A DNA stretch of 63,878 bases, counting the filler, from Candidatus Woesearchaeota archaeon (lineage in GTDB: Archaea > Nanobdellota > Nanobdellia > Woesearchaeales > CAZJJJ01), in assembly GCA_046538795.1 (NCBI GenBank). It is 3 parts of 3 records of this genome, joined end to end, with 100 filler letters (N's around TTAATTAATTAA, not from the genome) between each part and the next. Parts side by side here need not be neighbours in the genome. Positions count along the whole stretch, not along the records: positions 29,498 to 58,847 come from JBKHIF010000010.1; 2 more parts are not named here. The stretch is one strand, 5' to 3'. Position numbers and translations under genes: made by a program. The stretch's first letter is position 1. Every line of letters starts with the position of its first letter. Positions 38,071-49,260 of the stretch are shown here, piece by piece. The notes below the pieces were generated by a model. The model saw only the letters and a list, made by a program, of their open reading frames with translations. It had not been told where the DNA came from and ran no database searches.

Positions 38071-39267
38071 TTAATTCCTCCTCTTATTGATCATAAGATT
38101 TGTTTCGTTTATTAATTTCTTAAATATTTTTTTTGGATTTTTGAATCTTTTTTTCTTTTTTCTTGCTGGGAAATATCTTTCTGCAACTACCATGAGCGCT
38201 GGAACAACAGTTATTGCTGCAAAAAAACATGCAGTTATTCCATAGCTCATTATATCGCCAAATTCACCCATCATGGATAATTCTCCCATGGACATTGCCC
38301 TGAATCCTATAAGGGCTGAAAGAGTAGTTGTAGCCATAGGCATAAACACTCCGTTCATCGTGGTTTCCATTGCTTTTTCAGGATTCTTGTCTTTTAGCTC
38401 ATGCCTGAATCGGGTTATTGTTTGTATGCCAAAATCTATTCCGATCCCCATTATCATAGAGATTACCCCTGATGTTGCTGAACTTAAGCTCAATCCCCTC
38501 AAACCAAGATAGCCAAACGCCCAGAGAACGCCAATTGCAATTACAGAGAGTGGTGTCAAGCTATACTTAATAGACCTGAAAAGCAAAACAAGAACTATAA
38601 TAATTCCAAGGAGAGAAATTTGTGACGTTCTTCCCATGTCAGGACCTATCTGCTCTTCTATTATAGGATCTGCAACAGTTTCTCCTGCTAAATTAACTAT
38701 TGTGCCCGCAGGTTTCTCAACCTGATTGATTATGGCCTGTAGTTCGTCGACAAGTTCTGCACCAGAATAATCATCAGAAAGACTAAGTCTTATGAGTGCG
38801 ATTTCATAATCACTGCTGATATAACTGTTATATGAGGGGTTGGATGTCATCTCGATTATCTCTCTTCTTGACTTAGGCAGGAATCCATTGTTTTGTGATT
38901 TAAGAAGGGTTGCAGGGCTGTTTACAGCTGTTATACTTTCAACAGTGTCAGCCATCTTTCCGATAATATTCATATATTCAATTATATCTCTTGTTCTCAC
39001 ATCTCTTGGTTCTCCTGAAGCAGGATACTTCGGATCAATTTCTATTACAATCATAGCACTTGCATCGCCGCCAAAGTTATCCCCCAGTATTTCAAATGCA
39101 GTTATCACTTCATAATCCTCAGGAAGCATGTCTGAATTGTCCATTGACTTTGTGCCTACATTTGAAGCAAACATAAACGCAGCAACAGAAACCACAGCTA
39201 CAAGTGCAAGTATTATAAATGGATGATGAGATACAAATGATGAATATTTTTTTATTATGTTTTTCAT
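38071..39267 (-). CDS. MMPL/RND family transporter half
   Basis: TM1, extracellular loop, five TMs; GIGIDFGIQ...RF. Confidence 0.88.
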   Translation of the reverse strand: MKNIIKKYSSFVSHHPFIILALVAVVSVAAFMFASNVGTKSMDNSDMLPEDYEVITAFEILGDNFGGDASAMIVIEIDPKYPASGEPRDVRTRDIIEYMNIIGKMADTVESITAVNSPATLLKSQNNGFLPKSRREIIEMTSNPSYNSYISSDYEIALIRLSLSDDYSGAELVDELQAIINQVEKPAGTIVNLAGETVADPIIEEQIGPDMGRTSQISLLGIIIVLVLLFRSIKYSLTPLSVIAIGVLWAFGYLGLRGLSLSSATSGVISMIMGIGIDFGIQTITRFRHELKDKNPEKAMETTMNGVFMPMATTTLSALIGFRAMSMGELSMMGEFGDIMSYGITACFFAAITVVPALMVVAERYFPARKKKKRFKNPKKIFKKLINETNLMINKRRN

Positions 39268-39268
39268 C

Positions 39269-40447
39269 TTACATCCCTTTCTTCTTGTTTGCTGAATGTT
39301 TTTCGCTGTATCTTTTTGTCATTTTCTCTGTGTACCAATGATGGAATTTCTCTTCGAAAGTTATTATCACAGGTTCTATGAATACTGCAGCGACAAGGCA
39401 ATAGAATATACCAAGCGCAAGGCTTATGCCCAATTTCTGAAGCATGGGCATAACAGATATGGTAAGTGCAAGGAAGCCTATTATAGTAGTTGTCCCTGAA
39501 CCAAGTATTGCTGAACCCACTCCAGGAACAGCAACCTTAAGGGATTCAAGCTGATCTTTCCCCTTCTCACGTTCTTCGTGATATCTTGTATACATGAAAA
39601 CACCAGATTCAACACCAAGTCCAAGTATCATTGCTCCTAAACCTGCTGTTGCAACAGATATCTTTATGCCAAGCCAGCCTAATGTTCCCATAGTCCATAT
39701 AAGTCCTATTATGAGTGGAGTAAATATAAGGAGTGCTTTGGGTATGGATCTTTCCATGAGAGATAAAAGGATAAGTATTATTATCGATGCAAGGATTATT
39801 GTATATATAGAATCTTTACCAAGAAGATCAAAAATAAGCATTCTCATAGGAGGATTTCCTGTAAACATGACTTTTATTCCAGGAGGCTTTGAAAAATCAT
39901 TAATAGTTCCTTCTACAAGTTCAGTCATTTCATTTATCTTCTTGTCAGAATTTCCAAGATCTGCTGATATGAACATAACCATGGTCTTGTAATCTCTGCT
40001 TATGAATGAATTTGCAGCAGGCACATTGGATAAGGCCTCCTTTATTCCTCTGTCTGAATCCAGAGGAAAACTTCTTATAAATGTAACCGGACTTGTCACG
40101 CTTTCAATAATCGGATTGCTTGTAAGCGAATCCTCTAATTTGACAAGATAACTGAATGATTCTTCAGATCTTATATCTCTTGGTATGGACCGGGCATCAA
40201 TAGAATCATCAAGCTGAAATATTACAAAAACTGTATCCTGCCCGGAAAAAGTGTCCTGGATTTTTTCATTAAGTATCATTATTGGAAGATCCTGCGGCAT
40301 CTCTTTTGTAAAATCAGACTGCATCTCAACTTTCCCTATTCCAAGAGCAAGAAAGACTGTTATCATAAAGACTACAATTATTATGGGAATACCATGTTTT
40401 TTTTGCAATACTGCAACCGATGAAAGCATTTTTTCAAGAAAACTCAT
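39269..40447 (-). CDS. MMPL/RND family transporter half
   Basis: Same topology; GLGVESGV...RY.EE, TTIIGF. Confidence 0.88.
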   Translation of the reverse strand: MSFLEKMLSSVAVLQKKHGIPIIIVVFMITVFLALGIGKVEMQSDFTKEMPQDLPIMILNEKIQDTFSGQDTVFVIFQLDDSIDARSIPRDIRSEESFSYLVKLEDSLTSNPIIESVTSPVTFIRSFPLDSDRGIKEALSNVPAANSFISRDYKTMVMFISADLGNSDKKINEMTELVEGTINDFSKPPGIKVMFTGNPPMRMLIFDLLGKDSIYTIILASIIILILLSLMERSIPKALLIFTPLIIGLIWTMGTLGWLGIKISVATAGLGAMILGLGVESGVFMYTRYHEEREKGKDQLESLKVAVPGVGSAILGSGTTTIIGFLALTISVMPMLQKLGISLALGIFYCLVAAVFIEPVIITFEEKFHHWYTEKMTKRYSEKHSANKKKGM

Positions 40448-40956
40448 TTAAGCATCCTCCTTAACTTGCCATCTGCATCTTCCAAAATCTTATTCACCTT
40501 TGCTTTGTTATCAAAATATTTATTTTTCATAACTATTTCAATAAGTGCATGTTCAATAGATTTCCAATGTGAAATCAAGCCGGTCATCTGTGCAGTCATC
40601 TTGTCTGCCTGTATTTTTTCAAAAAGGCAGACTGCTGCCTGGTTTTCTTTATCTTCACCCAATTCACCCATGACCCTTAAGTAATCAAGATGTTTTAGCA
40701 TAAGATCTTCTTTTTCTTTCATTATGCGCTTTATTGAAGACCGTCCTTTTGCGGACAATGAGTATATCTTTTTGTTTCCATCAGGTTCCATGTCAATAAC
40801 TTTGTTTTCAAGCAGATCCTTCAGGAGCGGATAGATTGAGCCAGGTGATGGCCTTTTGCCCAAGGTTTCTTTTAATCTTGAAAGAAGCTCATATCCTGAA
40901 CAGCCTTTAGTTTCAAGTTCCTTTAGTACAAGTATTTTCAGATATCCCCTCATCAT
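40444..40956 (-). CDS. PadR family transcriptional regulator
   Basis: RGYLKILVL, SGYEL, PSPGSIYPLL, KKIYSL..KG. Confidence 0.9.
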   Translation of the reverse strand: MMRGYLKILVLKELETKGCSGYELLSRLKETLGKRPSPGSIYPLLKDLLENKVIDMEPDGNKKIYSLSAKGRSSIKRIMKEKEDLMLKHLDYLRVMGELGEDKENQAAVCLFEKIQADKMTAQMTGLISHWKSIEHALIEIVMKNKYFDNKAKVNKILEDADGKLRRMLK

Positions 40957-40958
40957 TA

Positions 40959-40984
40959 TCGATTACCGATATATCGGCAACCGA
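40959..40984. promoter_or_regulatory. Palindromic operator candidate for PadR autoregulation
   Basis: Perfect core CCGATATATCGG (40966-40977) within a 26-bp imperfect palindrome between the TATA element and the padR start. Confidence 0.7.
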
Positions 40985-41216
40985 ACATATTTATATATGT
41001 TTTGTTTATTAAAAACCAGGAGACAGTACTTTTTTATTTGCCCCACATGAGTAATCTTCGAGCAGCACGATGATGTGACTTTATTAATTTTCAATTAGAA
41101 ATTGTGTCTTGGCGAAAACCGTAATACCGCACACTTTAGTATGGGTTTAGTATGGGGATAGGCTTAAGCAGCAATTTCATTATCTGATAAAAAAATCTCA
41201 CAAGATCAACAAAATA

Positions 41217-41663
41217 ATGAGAAGGTTTTTAAACATGAATGATTTTTTTTGTAATATGTTTGAATTTGGCATACCTGGAATTGGATTTTCATTTGGGCTT
41301 TTTGGACTTGCAGCATTCATATTTTGGATCTGGTCCTTGATAGATTGTATAAGATCTGATCTTAAGACAGATGAAAAACTTCTTTGGGTACTTATAATCG
41401 TAATACTTAATTTTGTGGGTTCTGTAATATATCTGGTGGTCTATAAAAACCAGGGTAAACATCTCACGAGAAAACATGCACAAAAAGGAAAGCATCTCAA
41501 AAGAAGCAAACAAAACAGGGTTATCGCAGGTGTCTGTGGAGGTCTTGGAGAATATTTTGATATAGATCCTACTATCATAAGGCTCTTGTTCGTGCTTGCA
41601 TTTTTCTTTGGCTCAGGTTTTCTTGCATACATCATCATGTGGATAGTAATGCCTGAAGAATGA
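41217..41663 (+). CDS. PLDc_N plus PspC domain membrane protein
   Basis: WIWSLIDC...KLLW.LII.....GS.IY, then RS..NRVIAGVCGGLGEYF.IDPT.IRL. Confidence 0.85.
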   Translation: MRRFLNMNDFFCNMFEFGIPGIGFSFGLFGLAAFIFWIWSLIDCIRSDLKTDEKLLWVLIIVILNFVGSVIYLVVYKNQGKHLTRKHAQKGKHLKRSKQNRVIAGVCGGLGEYFDIDPTIIRLLFVLAFFFGSGFLAYIIMWIVMPEE

Positions 41664-41764
41664 TTGCCTTTTGTGAAATTCTATCATTATCCTGATTCTT
41701 GCTCATATATTTTGCAAACTGCAAAACCAAAGATTTAAAAATCATTATTTTGATAAATTATTGT

Positions 41765-43207
41765 ATGGCAAAAAGGACACTAAAGATCGCATTTGTACAT
41801 TACAACATAGGAGACAATGATGGGGTTAATTCTGTCATGAGAACCAATGCTCTTGGACTTCTTGAAAAATACAAGAGCGTAAGAATATATCTTATAGGAA
41901 GCATTCTTAGACCTCTTATCAAGGGCTATAAGTCAAGGGTTAAGCATGTTGATGTGCCTTTGATGGATATCCTTAATCATGAAAACAAGGAAAGAATTAC
42001 AAACCAGGATGTTTTTGATTATATGAAGATGGGTATGGAAATCTATCATGAACTGGACAGGGTTCTTAAGAGAATGGATTACGTAATGATAGAAAATCCA
42101 AACCTTGGAGCACATCCTGCAGTCACATATGCTTATTATAGGTTTGTCAAAAGAAATTATCAACTCAGAAGCAAGAGAAAAATTGTATATAGGATACATG
42201 ATTTCGCAGAAGACAGAAGAGGTAATTTTATCGATCTACTTAAATTTAAAGGAACAGAAAGTTCGCCCTACTGGCACAAAGTCATCTTTCCTAAAGCAGG
42301 CGGACTGAGTTTTGCAGTCATCAACAATAAAGATATGACACGGCTTCAAAGTCACGGCATTATTGAAGAGAACAGGGCATTTTATCTTCCGAACCCCATA
42401 AATGAAAAACTTGTCCAGGATGATACTGAAACAAGCGAAAAGTTAAGGGAGACTATGATAAAAAAATATGAATTGGGAGATGACGCCATAATAATTTATT
42501 ACCCTGTAAGGATTGTCAGAAGAAAAAATATCGAAGAGGCAATTTTCATTACAGAACTTCTTAGGCAAAAGTTTCAGAAGAACTTTGTTTTAGCAGTAAG
42601 CTTAAGGGTTCACGGTACGATAACAGACCAATATTATGATACTCTGAAAAATTTTGTAGAAAAAAACAACCTCCCAATCATACTTGGAATGAATGACCTT
42701 GTCACACTACAGAGAACACATACTAAAAAAGGAAGCATCAAGACATATGGTGTTGGTGATATGTACAACATAGCCGATAAGATCATAACAACATCGTACC
42801 TTGAGGGCTTTGGCATGTTCTTTATAGAATCATGGTTTTTTAAAAAAGCGATCATTGGACGAGATCTTCCTGATGTCACAACTGATTTCAGGACTTCAGG
42901 AATAAGACTTGAACACCTATATAATTCACTCATCATAGACAATACTGATTTTAAGAATTATGGTAACTTATCTGAAAGACTGAAACTCGTTCTCAAGCTA
43001 AGAAATCCAGAATTTTTTGAATCATTTTCTAAAGAAAACAAACAGGCACTGACCAGTCTTTATTCTCTTTTTGACAAGAGAGAAGAAAAAAAGATAATAT
43101 CTGAAAACCATAAGGTTGTAAAAAAAGTTTATTCGAACGCAACGACAACAAAAAAGATAATGGATGTTTTCAGAAAGACGCCAAAAGAACTCATACTTAA
43201 AAAATGA
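41765..43207 (+). CDS. GT-B (family 4-like) glycosyltransferase
   Basis: DGV..V, IHDF.ED, PVRIVRRKNIE, SYLEGFGMFFIESW. Confidence 0.85.
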   Translation: MAKRTLKIAFVHYNIGDNDGVNSVMRTNALGLLEKYKSVRIYLIGSILRPLIKGYKSRVKHVDVPLMDILNHENKERITNQDVFDYMKMGMEIYHELDRVLKRMDYVMIENPNLGAHPAVTYAYYRFVKRNYQLRSKRKIVYRIHDFAEDRRGNFIDLLKFKGTESSPYWHKVIFPKAGGLSFAVINNKDMTRLQSHGIIEENRAFYLPNPINEKLVQDDTETSEKLRETMIKKYELGDDAIIIYYPVRIVRRKNIEEAIFITELLRQKFQKNFVLAVSLRVHGTITDQYYDTLKNFVEKNNLPIILGMNDLVTLQRTHTKKGSIKTYGVGDMYNIADKIITTSYLEGFGMFFIESWFFKKAIIGRDLPDVTTDFRTSGIRLEHLYNSLIIDNTDFKNYGNLSERLKLVLKLRNPEFFESFSKENKQALTSLYSLFDKREEKKIISENHKVVKKVYSNATTTKKIMDVFRKTPKELILKK

Positions 43208-43208
43208 A

Positions 43209-43850
43209 TCATTTGAGAACATCTCCTCCTTTCATAAACCACATGTAAAGGTCAAGTTCTGCATGGTTCATTTTAAGCTCGTTTGCCAGAACATCAAGCT
43301 TTTTTTCTATCTCTGGATATGATTTTTTGTTCAGTGTTTTAGGTTTTTCTTTTAACAGGTTATTTTCAATCATGAGATTTATTATATGCCTGTCAAGTAT
43401 TGCAAGATCAGTATAACCCACATTTCTCAAGAAATGAGATGCTTCTTTGTAACCCATGCCTTTTATGTTTTCAACAAGCCATTCTCTTGCCCAGTAAGTA
43501 CTGTATTCATCTACAAGATTCTGTATCCTTGTCTTTATGTCAAGATGTTTTCTTGCATCAAGAATAAATTTTGTTTTGTTGTTGTGGAACCTGTGCTTGT
43601 TGTCTATTATACATTGCCTTATTCCATTTTCATCGAGATTACAAAATCCTTTTGCTCCAAGCTCGTCCTGTATTTTGATTGCTGTTCTTGCTTTTGAATT
43701 TGCAGTCAACAGGCAAAAACATAATTCAGAAAACCATTCCTCTTTAGGCTTGTTCTGGAATGATTTAAAATCAGATAACCTTTTAATAATTTTTTCTCTT
43801 AATTTTTCATCATGAGAAAGCTTTTTTATCTCTTCTGCAAGTCGAGTCAT
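43209..43850 (-). CDS. ogg: 8-oxoguanine DNA glycosylase/AP lyase
   Basis: ELCFCLLTANS, HRFHN.K, IKGMGYKEASHFLRNVG, AILDRH, LDLYMW. Confidence 0.93.
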   Translation of the reverse strand: MTRLAEEIKKLSHDEKLREKIIKRLSDFKSFQNKPKEEWFSELCFCLLTANSKARTAIKIQDELGAKGFCNLDENGIRQCIIDNKHRFHNNKTKFILDARKHLDIKTRIQNLVDEYSTYWAREWLVENIKGMGYKEASHFLRNVGYTDLAILDRHIINLMIENNLLKEKPKTLNKKSYPEIEKKLDVLANELKMNHAELDLYMWFMKGGDVLK

Positions 43851-43886
43851 GATTGAAAGAATAATTATTCATTTAATAAATTTTAT

Positions 43887-44513
43887 CTAGAACTTAAATG
43901 CGCTTGGACATATTTTATTCAAGACACAGCCAGCGCAATCCGGCTTCTGAGCTTTGCATACAGCCCTTCCGTGATAGATTAAAAGATCAGTTATGTTTCC
44001 CCATTCTTTTTTTGGGATCACCTTCATAAGGTCTTTTTCAATTTTTTGGGAATCTGTATTTTTTGTAAGACCAAGCCTGAATGATAATCGTTTTACGTGC
44101 GTATCTACTGCAATTCCTGATATTTTTCCAAAGCCGTGGTAAAGGACAATGTTTGCAGTCTTTCTTGCAACACCCGGAAGTTTAGTTAATTCGTCCATGG
44201 AATCAGGAACAGTTCCATCAAACTCTTTAATGATCATCTTTGATGCTTTTTTTATGTTCTTTGCCTTGTTCTTATAGAATCCTGTTGATTTTATTTCCTG
44301 CTCTAAATCGTTTAGCTTAGAATCAGCCAAGTCTTCAGGACAAGTATATTTCCTGAACAAACTTTTTGTAACTATATTAACTCTCTTATCAGTACATTGT
44401 GCAGAAAGTATTGTTGCAACCAATAATTGAAAAGGATTTTCGTAATTCAATGATGGTTTTACAAAAGGATATTCTTTTTTTAATAAACCAAGTATATTTT
44501 TTACATAATCCAT
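43887..44513 (-). CDS. nth: Endonuclease III
   Basis: LSAQCTD, LPGVARKTAN, VDTHV, C-terminal CKAQKPDCAGC...C Fe-S motif. Confidence 0.95.
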   Translation of the reverse strand: MDYVKNILGLLKKEYPFVKPSLNYENPFQLLVATILSAQCTDKRVNIVTKSLFRKYTCPEDLADSKLNDLEQEIKSTGFYKNKAKNIKKASKMIIKEFDGTVPDSMDELTKLPGVARKTANIVLYHGFGKISGIAVDTHVKRLSFRLGLTKNTDSQKIEKDLMKVIPKKEWGNITDLLIYHGRAVCKAQKPDCAGCVLNKICPSAFKF

Positions 44514-44564
44514 AGAGAATAAAAATAAAGAATAAGAATAAAAAACTATTGTTAATTATCAGAA

Positions 44565-44759
44565 TTACTGCTCTGTTACTTTTATTGCATCGACTGGACA
44601 TGCTTCAGCAGCAGCCTTTGCTGATTCTGAGTCTGTTTCAGTAGAAATTGCTTTTGCCTTGTTATCTCCGCTCATCTCAAAAAGATCAGGAGCAGTAGCA
44701 GCACAAGCACCACAACCAATACAGGTTGCCTCATCAACTTCAATCTTATATTTTGCCAT
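44565..44759 (-). CDS. Monocluster ferredoxin
   Basis: CIGCGAC...AP.LF.M...EACPVDAI. GGAGGT SD. Confidence 0.9.
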   Translation of the reverse strand: MAKYKIEVDEATCIGCGACAATAPDLFEMSGDNKAKAISTETDSESAKAAAEACPVDAIKVTEQ

Positions 44760-44868
44760 GAAAATGACCTCCAATTTATCAATAAAAATTCACAAACCAA
44801 GCCTCTATAAAAACCTTCTGTTTTGATAGGATGGAAGAAATTCATAAACATATATAAATAGGCCGTAA

Positions 44869-45993
<1,125 letters not shown>

Positions 45994-46037
45994 AACTTGT
46001 CAAAAACTATAAAAACAACATCTTTATTTCTATATCT

Positions 46038-46469
46038 GTGCCAAATACAAAAAAGAAAAAAGTGAAAAAGATTTCCAGAAAAGAAAGCTTAATCAACCGA
46101 ATAAGAAAGAAGATTGAGCACACTGAGAATCTTAGCTATTCAATAGCAAGATATGTTCCTCTTATTTTCGGTGCACTTTGGCTTCTCGTTGGAATAATCC
46201 AGGAATTTACTATGGATGCAACCCTTTTGGGATTTATATTTAGCTCATTTCCCGGACTGATCATAATCTCTTCATCTGTAATTGCATTGAAAGACGATCT
46301 TATAGGAGGAATAATCTTAAATATCATAGGCATAGCAGGGATAATCCTTATATTTTCAGCAGAATTTACATATCCTTCCAAGATACTTATGGTGACAACA
46401 CTTTGCCTTCCGCTTCTTATACCTGCGATACTCCTTATACAGAACAGATTTTTTAAGAAAAAGAAATAG
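46038..46469 (+). CDS. Four-TM membrane protein
   Basis: Basic N-terminus and four hydrophobic segments. Confidence 0.65.
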   Translation: MPNTKKKKVKKISRKESLINRIRKKIEHTENLSYSIARYVPLIFGALWLLVGIIQEFTMDATLLGFIFSSFPGLIIISSSVIALKDDLIGGIILNIIGIAGIILIFSAEFTYPSKILMVTTLCLPLLIPAILLIQNRFFKKKK

Positions 46470-46518
46470 GGCATTCATGTTATTGAAAATTTCACAAGAA
46501 AAAATTGAAGTTTAAAAA

Positions 46519-48000
46519 TCAAATATTAGCAGCGACTCTCTTAAAATGAAAACCATATATGGTAAAAGTCACGACTTCTGGAAAAGCTTTGGGATATCTG
46601 AAAATAGACTTGAAGAGAAGTTTCCAGTAATATTTTCTTTCTTTATCGATTATTCCAAGTTTCCATATTGAAAGAAGAAAAGCCTTGATTTCATTCAAGT
46701 TAAGACCTCTTGAAATTTGTTTAGGATTATAATTTTCAAGAAATCTAAGTATTCTTTCATAATATTTTTTTGGAGAATAGATTGTTTTCAATATTTTTTT
46801 ATAACCTTCTTTAAGGATTTTAGGATCCATCTTAGGTATGAAATTAAGCGTTCCATCAGTATTATTCCCGTTGCTATCTGTAATTATTCGCCCTTCTTTT
46901 TTGAGTCTTCTGTAAAGTTTTGTGCCTGGTATGGCATTCAAAAGCCCAACCATTGCAGTTACTACGCCGATTGTTTGGATAAATTCAATCTGACGTTCAA
47001 ATATAGAATGATTATCGCTGTCAAATCCCACGATAAATCCTCCCTGGACCTGAAATCCATTCTGCTGTAGGATCTTAACAGAATCTACCAGATCTCTTTG
47101 CGTATTCTGAAACTTATTGCATTCTGCAAGGCTTTCTTTTGAAGGAGTCTCAAGACCCAAAAAAACAGTCTTGAAATTAGCATCAGCCATGAGAGTCATC
47201 AGTTCCTGATCATCTGAAAGCTCTAGAGATGCTTCTGTTAAAAATGAAAAGGGATAATTTTTTGACTTCTGCCACTGTATTATAGACCTCAAAACCTCTT
47301 TTACTTTTTTTTTGTGTCCAATAAAATTATCATCGACCACAAAAACAGAACCTCTCCATCCAGCTCTATGAAGAGAATTCAATTCTCTTATCATCTGGGA
47401 AGGTGATTTTGTTCTTGGGATGCGTCCATTAAGAAGCGTTATATCGCAGAATTCACAATCATAAGGACATCCTCTTGAGAACTGTACAAGCATGGTTGCA
47501 TAATTTTTTTTTCTGATAAGATTCCAGTCAGGAACAGGGCTAAGACTTAAATCAGGCTTCTTATCTGAAGAGTATGTTTTTTTCAGGACATTCTTATTAT
47601 TAATAAGATCATCAAGAAACATAGGAAAAGTAATTTCTCCTTCATTAAGTACAAAATGATCTATTTCAGGGAACTCAGAAATGTTGTCCTGTGAAAAAAG
47701 AGGGCCGCCTGCAACAACAGTCTTTTTATGCTCTTTTGCACGCTTAACAACATCTTTTACAGAATCTTTCTGGACAATCATTGCGCTTACAAAAATATAA
47801 TCCGCCCACATTATGTCTTTATCATTAAGATTATCTACATTAAGATCCAGAAGTTTTCTGTTGATTCCTTTGGGAAGCATGGATGAGATTGTCATCAAAC
47901 CTAATGGAGGAAACGCAGCTTTTCTTGAGATGAATTTAAGAACATGCTCAAAGCTCCAGAATGTTTCAGGATATTTTGGATATATGAATAATATGTTCAT
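46519..48000 (-). CDS. B12-binding radical SAM protein (DUF4070-type)
   Basis: PPLGL.T, GGP, SRGCPYDCEFC, DDNF, GFIVGFD.D. Confidence 0.9.
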   Translation of the reverse strand: MNILFIYPKYPETFWSFEHVLKFISRKAAFPPLGLMTISSMLPKGINRKLLDLNVDNLNDKDIMWADYIFVSAMIVQKDSVKDVVKRAKEHKKTVVAGGPLFSQDNISEFPEIDHFVLNEGEITFPMFLDDLINNKNVLKKTYSSDKKPDLSLSPVPDWNLIRKKNYATMLVQFSRGCPYDCEFCDITLLNGRIPRTKSPSQMIRELNSLHRAGWRGSVFVVDDNFIGHKKKVKEVLRSIIQWQKSKNYPFSFLTEASLELSDDQELMTLMADANFKTVFLGLETPSKESLAECNKFQNTQRDLVDSVKILQQNGFQVQGGFIVGFDSDNHSIFERQIEFIQTIGVVTAMVGLLNAIPGTKLYRRLKKEGRIITDSNGNNTDGTLNFIPKMDPKILKEGYKKILKTIYSPKKYYERILRFLENYNPKQISRGLNLNEIKAFLLSIWKLGIIDKERKYYWKLLFKSIFRYPKAFPEVVTFTIYGFHFKRVAANI

Positions 48001-48059
48001 AGATTGATAAAAATAAAGCATCTTATATAAAACTATGCTCTAAGAAAAAACAGGCAAGT

Positions 48060-48351
48060 TCATTTAATAACTTCATCTTTAGTGCTCAGGTAATAGAAAA
48101 ACATAGATCCAAGGAATATAACAAGACCAAAAACAGTTATTATGAAAAAAAGATTGTCCATTTTTGAGTTTTCAACATGTTCTACAACCATGCCTGTAAT
48201 AGACGCATCAAGAACTATTATGAATACTGAAAAAACTACTATGCTTACAAGAACTACTGTAACTATGATTTTATTTTCAGAAGAGAAAAGACGTTCAGCA
48301 AGTTTGTCATTACTTTCAATGGTTTTTTTTTTGAGTGTCTTTTCCTGCCAT
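48060..48351 (-). CDS. Two-TM small protein, apparently frameshifted in an A10 run
   Basis: ATG 48351 lies about 25 nt after a TATA element but reaches the TM-coding frame (with SITGMVV) only if A10 (48323-48332) is read as A9. Confidence 0.5.
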
Positions 48352-48399
48352 ATCAATACAAAATTAATCTTGACATTAATAAAATTTTTGGAAATGCAA

Positions 48400-49158
48400 T
48401 CAAAGGCCTGTTGGAATATCATGAAATATGGAATCCACCTTGAATTTCTTTTTTATTACATTTGAAAGCTCTTTTACACCAAGTATTTCTGTCGCATGGT
48501 GGCCTGCAAAAATAACATTCATATTTTCATCCTTTGCAGAATGATATAATTCAACAGTATCTCCTGTTATGAAAATGTCGCAGCCTTCATTCACTGCATC
48601 GTAAAAAGCAGAATAACCGCCGCCGCCGCTAACTACAGCAACTGTTCTTGCAAATTCCCTTCCAAAAGCAAGTGTCGTGCATTTTGCACCAAGTTCAGAT
48701 GAAAGCCTAATGTCAATCTCTTTAACAGCCATAGGGGGTTTAAATTCTCCTATCCATCCTATCTTTTTGCCATGATAATCGTGGAAATCACGCCGTATTT
48801 TTGCACCAAGAAGTTTAAGGAGCATCACGTTGTTGCCAGAGTCAAAATGAGCATCAAGAGGAAGATGTGCTGCGTAAAGTGAAATCTTGTTTCTTAATAG
48901 AAAATCTATGCGTTCTTTATGCGTGTCTTTTATTCTTGGATCAGCACCGTCCCATAAAAGTCCATGATGGACGACTATCATTTCTGCCTTAAGTTCAAGA
49001 GCTTTCCTGAAAGTATCAAGTCCGGCATCAACTGCAAACAGGATTTTCTTGACATCAGAGTTTCCTTCAACCTGAAGCCCGTTATAACTCCTGTCTTTAA
49101 AATCTTCTATAGAAAGATGTCGATCAAGAAAGGATGTGATTTTTTTTAGTTCTTCCAT
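48400..49158 (-). CDS. Nif3-like dinuclear metal-centre protein
   Basis: NGLQVEG, HHGL, HLPLDAH, GHHATE, PTGL. Confidence 0.93.
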   Translation of the reverse strand: MEELKKITSFLDRHLSIEDFKDRSYNGLQVEGNSDVKKILFAVDAGLDTFRKALELKAEMIVVHHGLLWDGADPRIKDTHKERIDFLLRNKISLYAAHLPLDAHFDSGNNVMLLKLLGAKIRRDFHDYHGKKIGWIGEFKPPMAVKEIDIRLSSELGAKCTTLAFGREFARTVAVVSGGGGYSAFYDAVNEGCDIFITGDTVELYHSAKDENMNVIFAGHHATEILGVKELSNVIKKKFKVDSIFHDIPTGL

Positions 49159-49260
49159 GCAATTTTATTATGGAGATTTCATTTATATTAATTTCTGTTT
49201 GACTTTCGAAATATTTAAATAAGTGTTTTCCAACAAACTGGAAAAGGTGAAACAATATTT

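Noticed and set aside
41066..41100. ATGATG as box C of a C/D guide RNA
   Set aside because: No suitably spaced CTGA box D or internal D'/C' pair.
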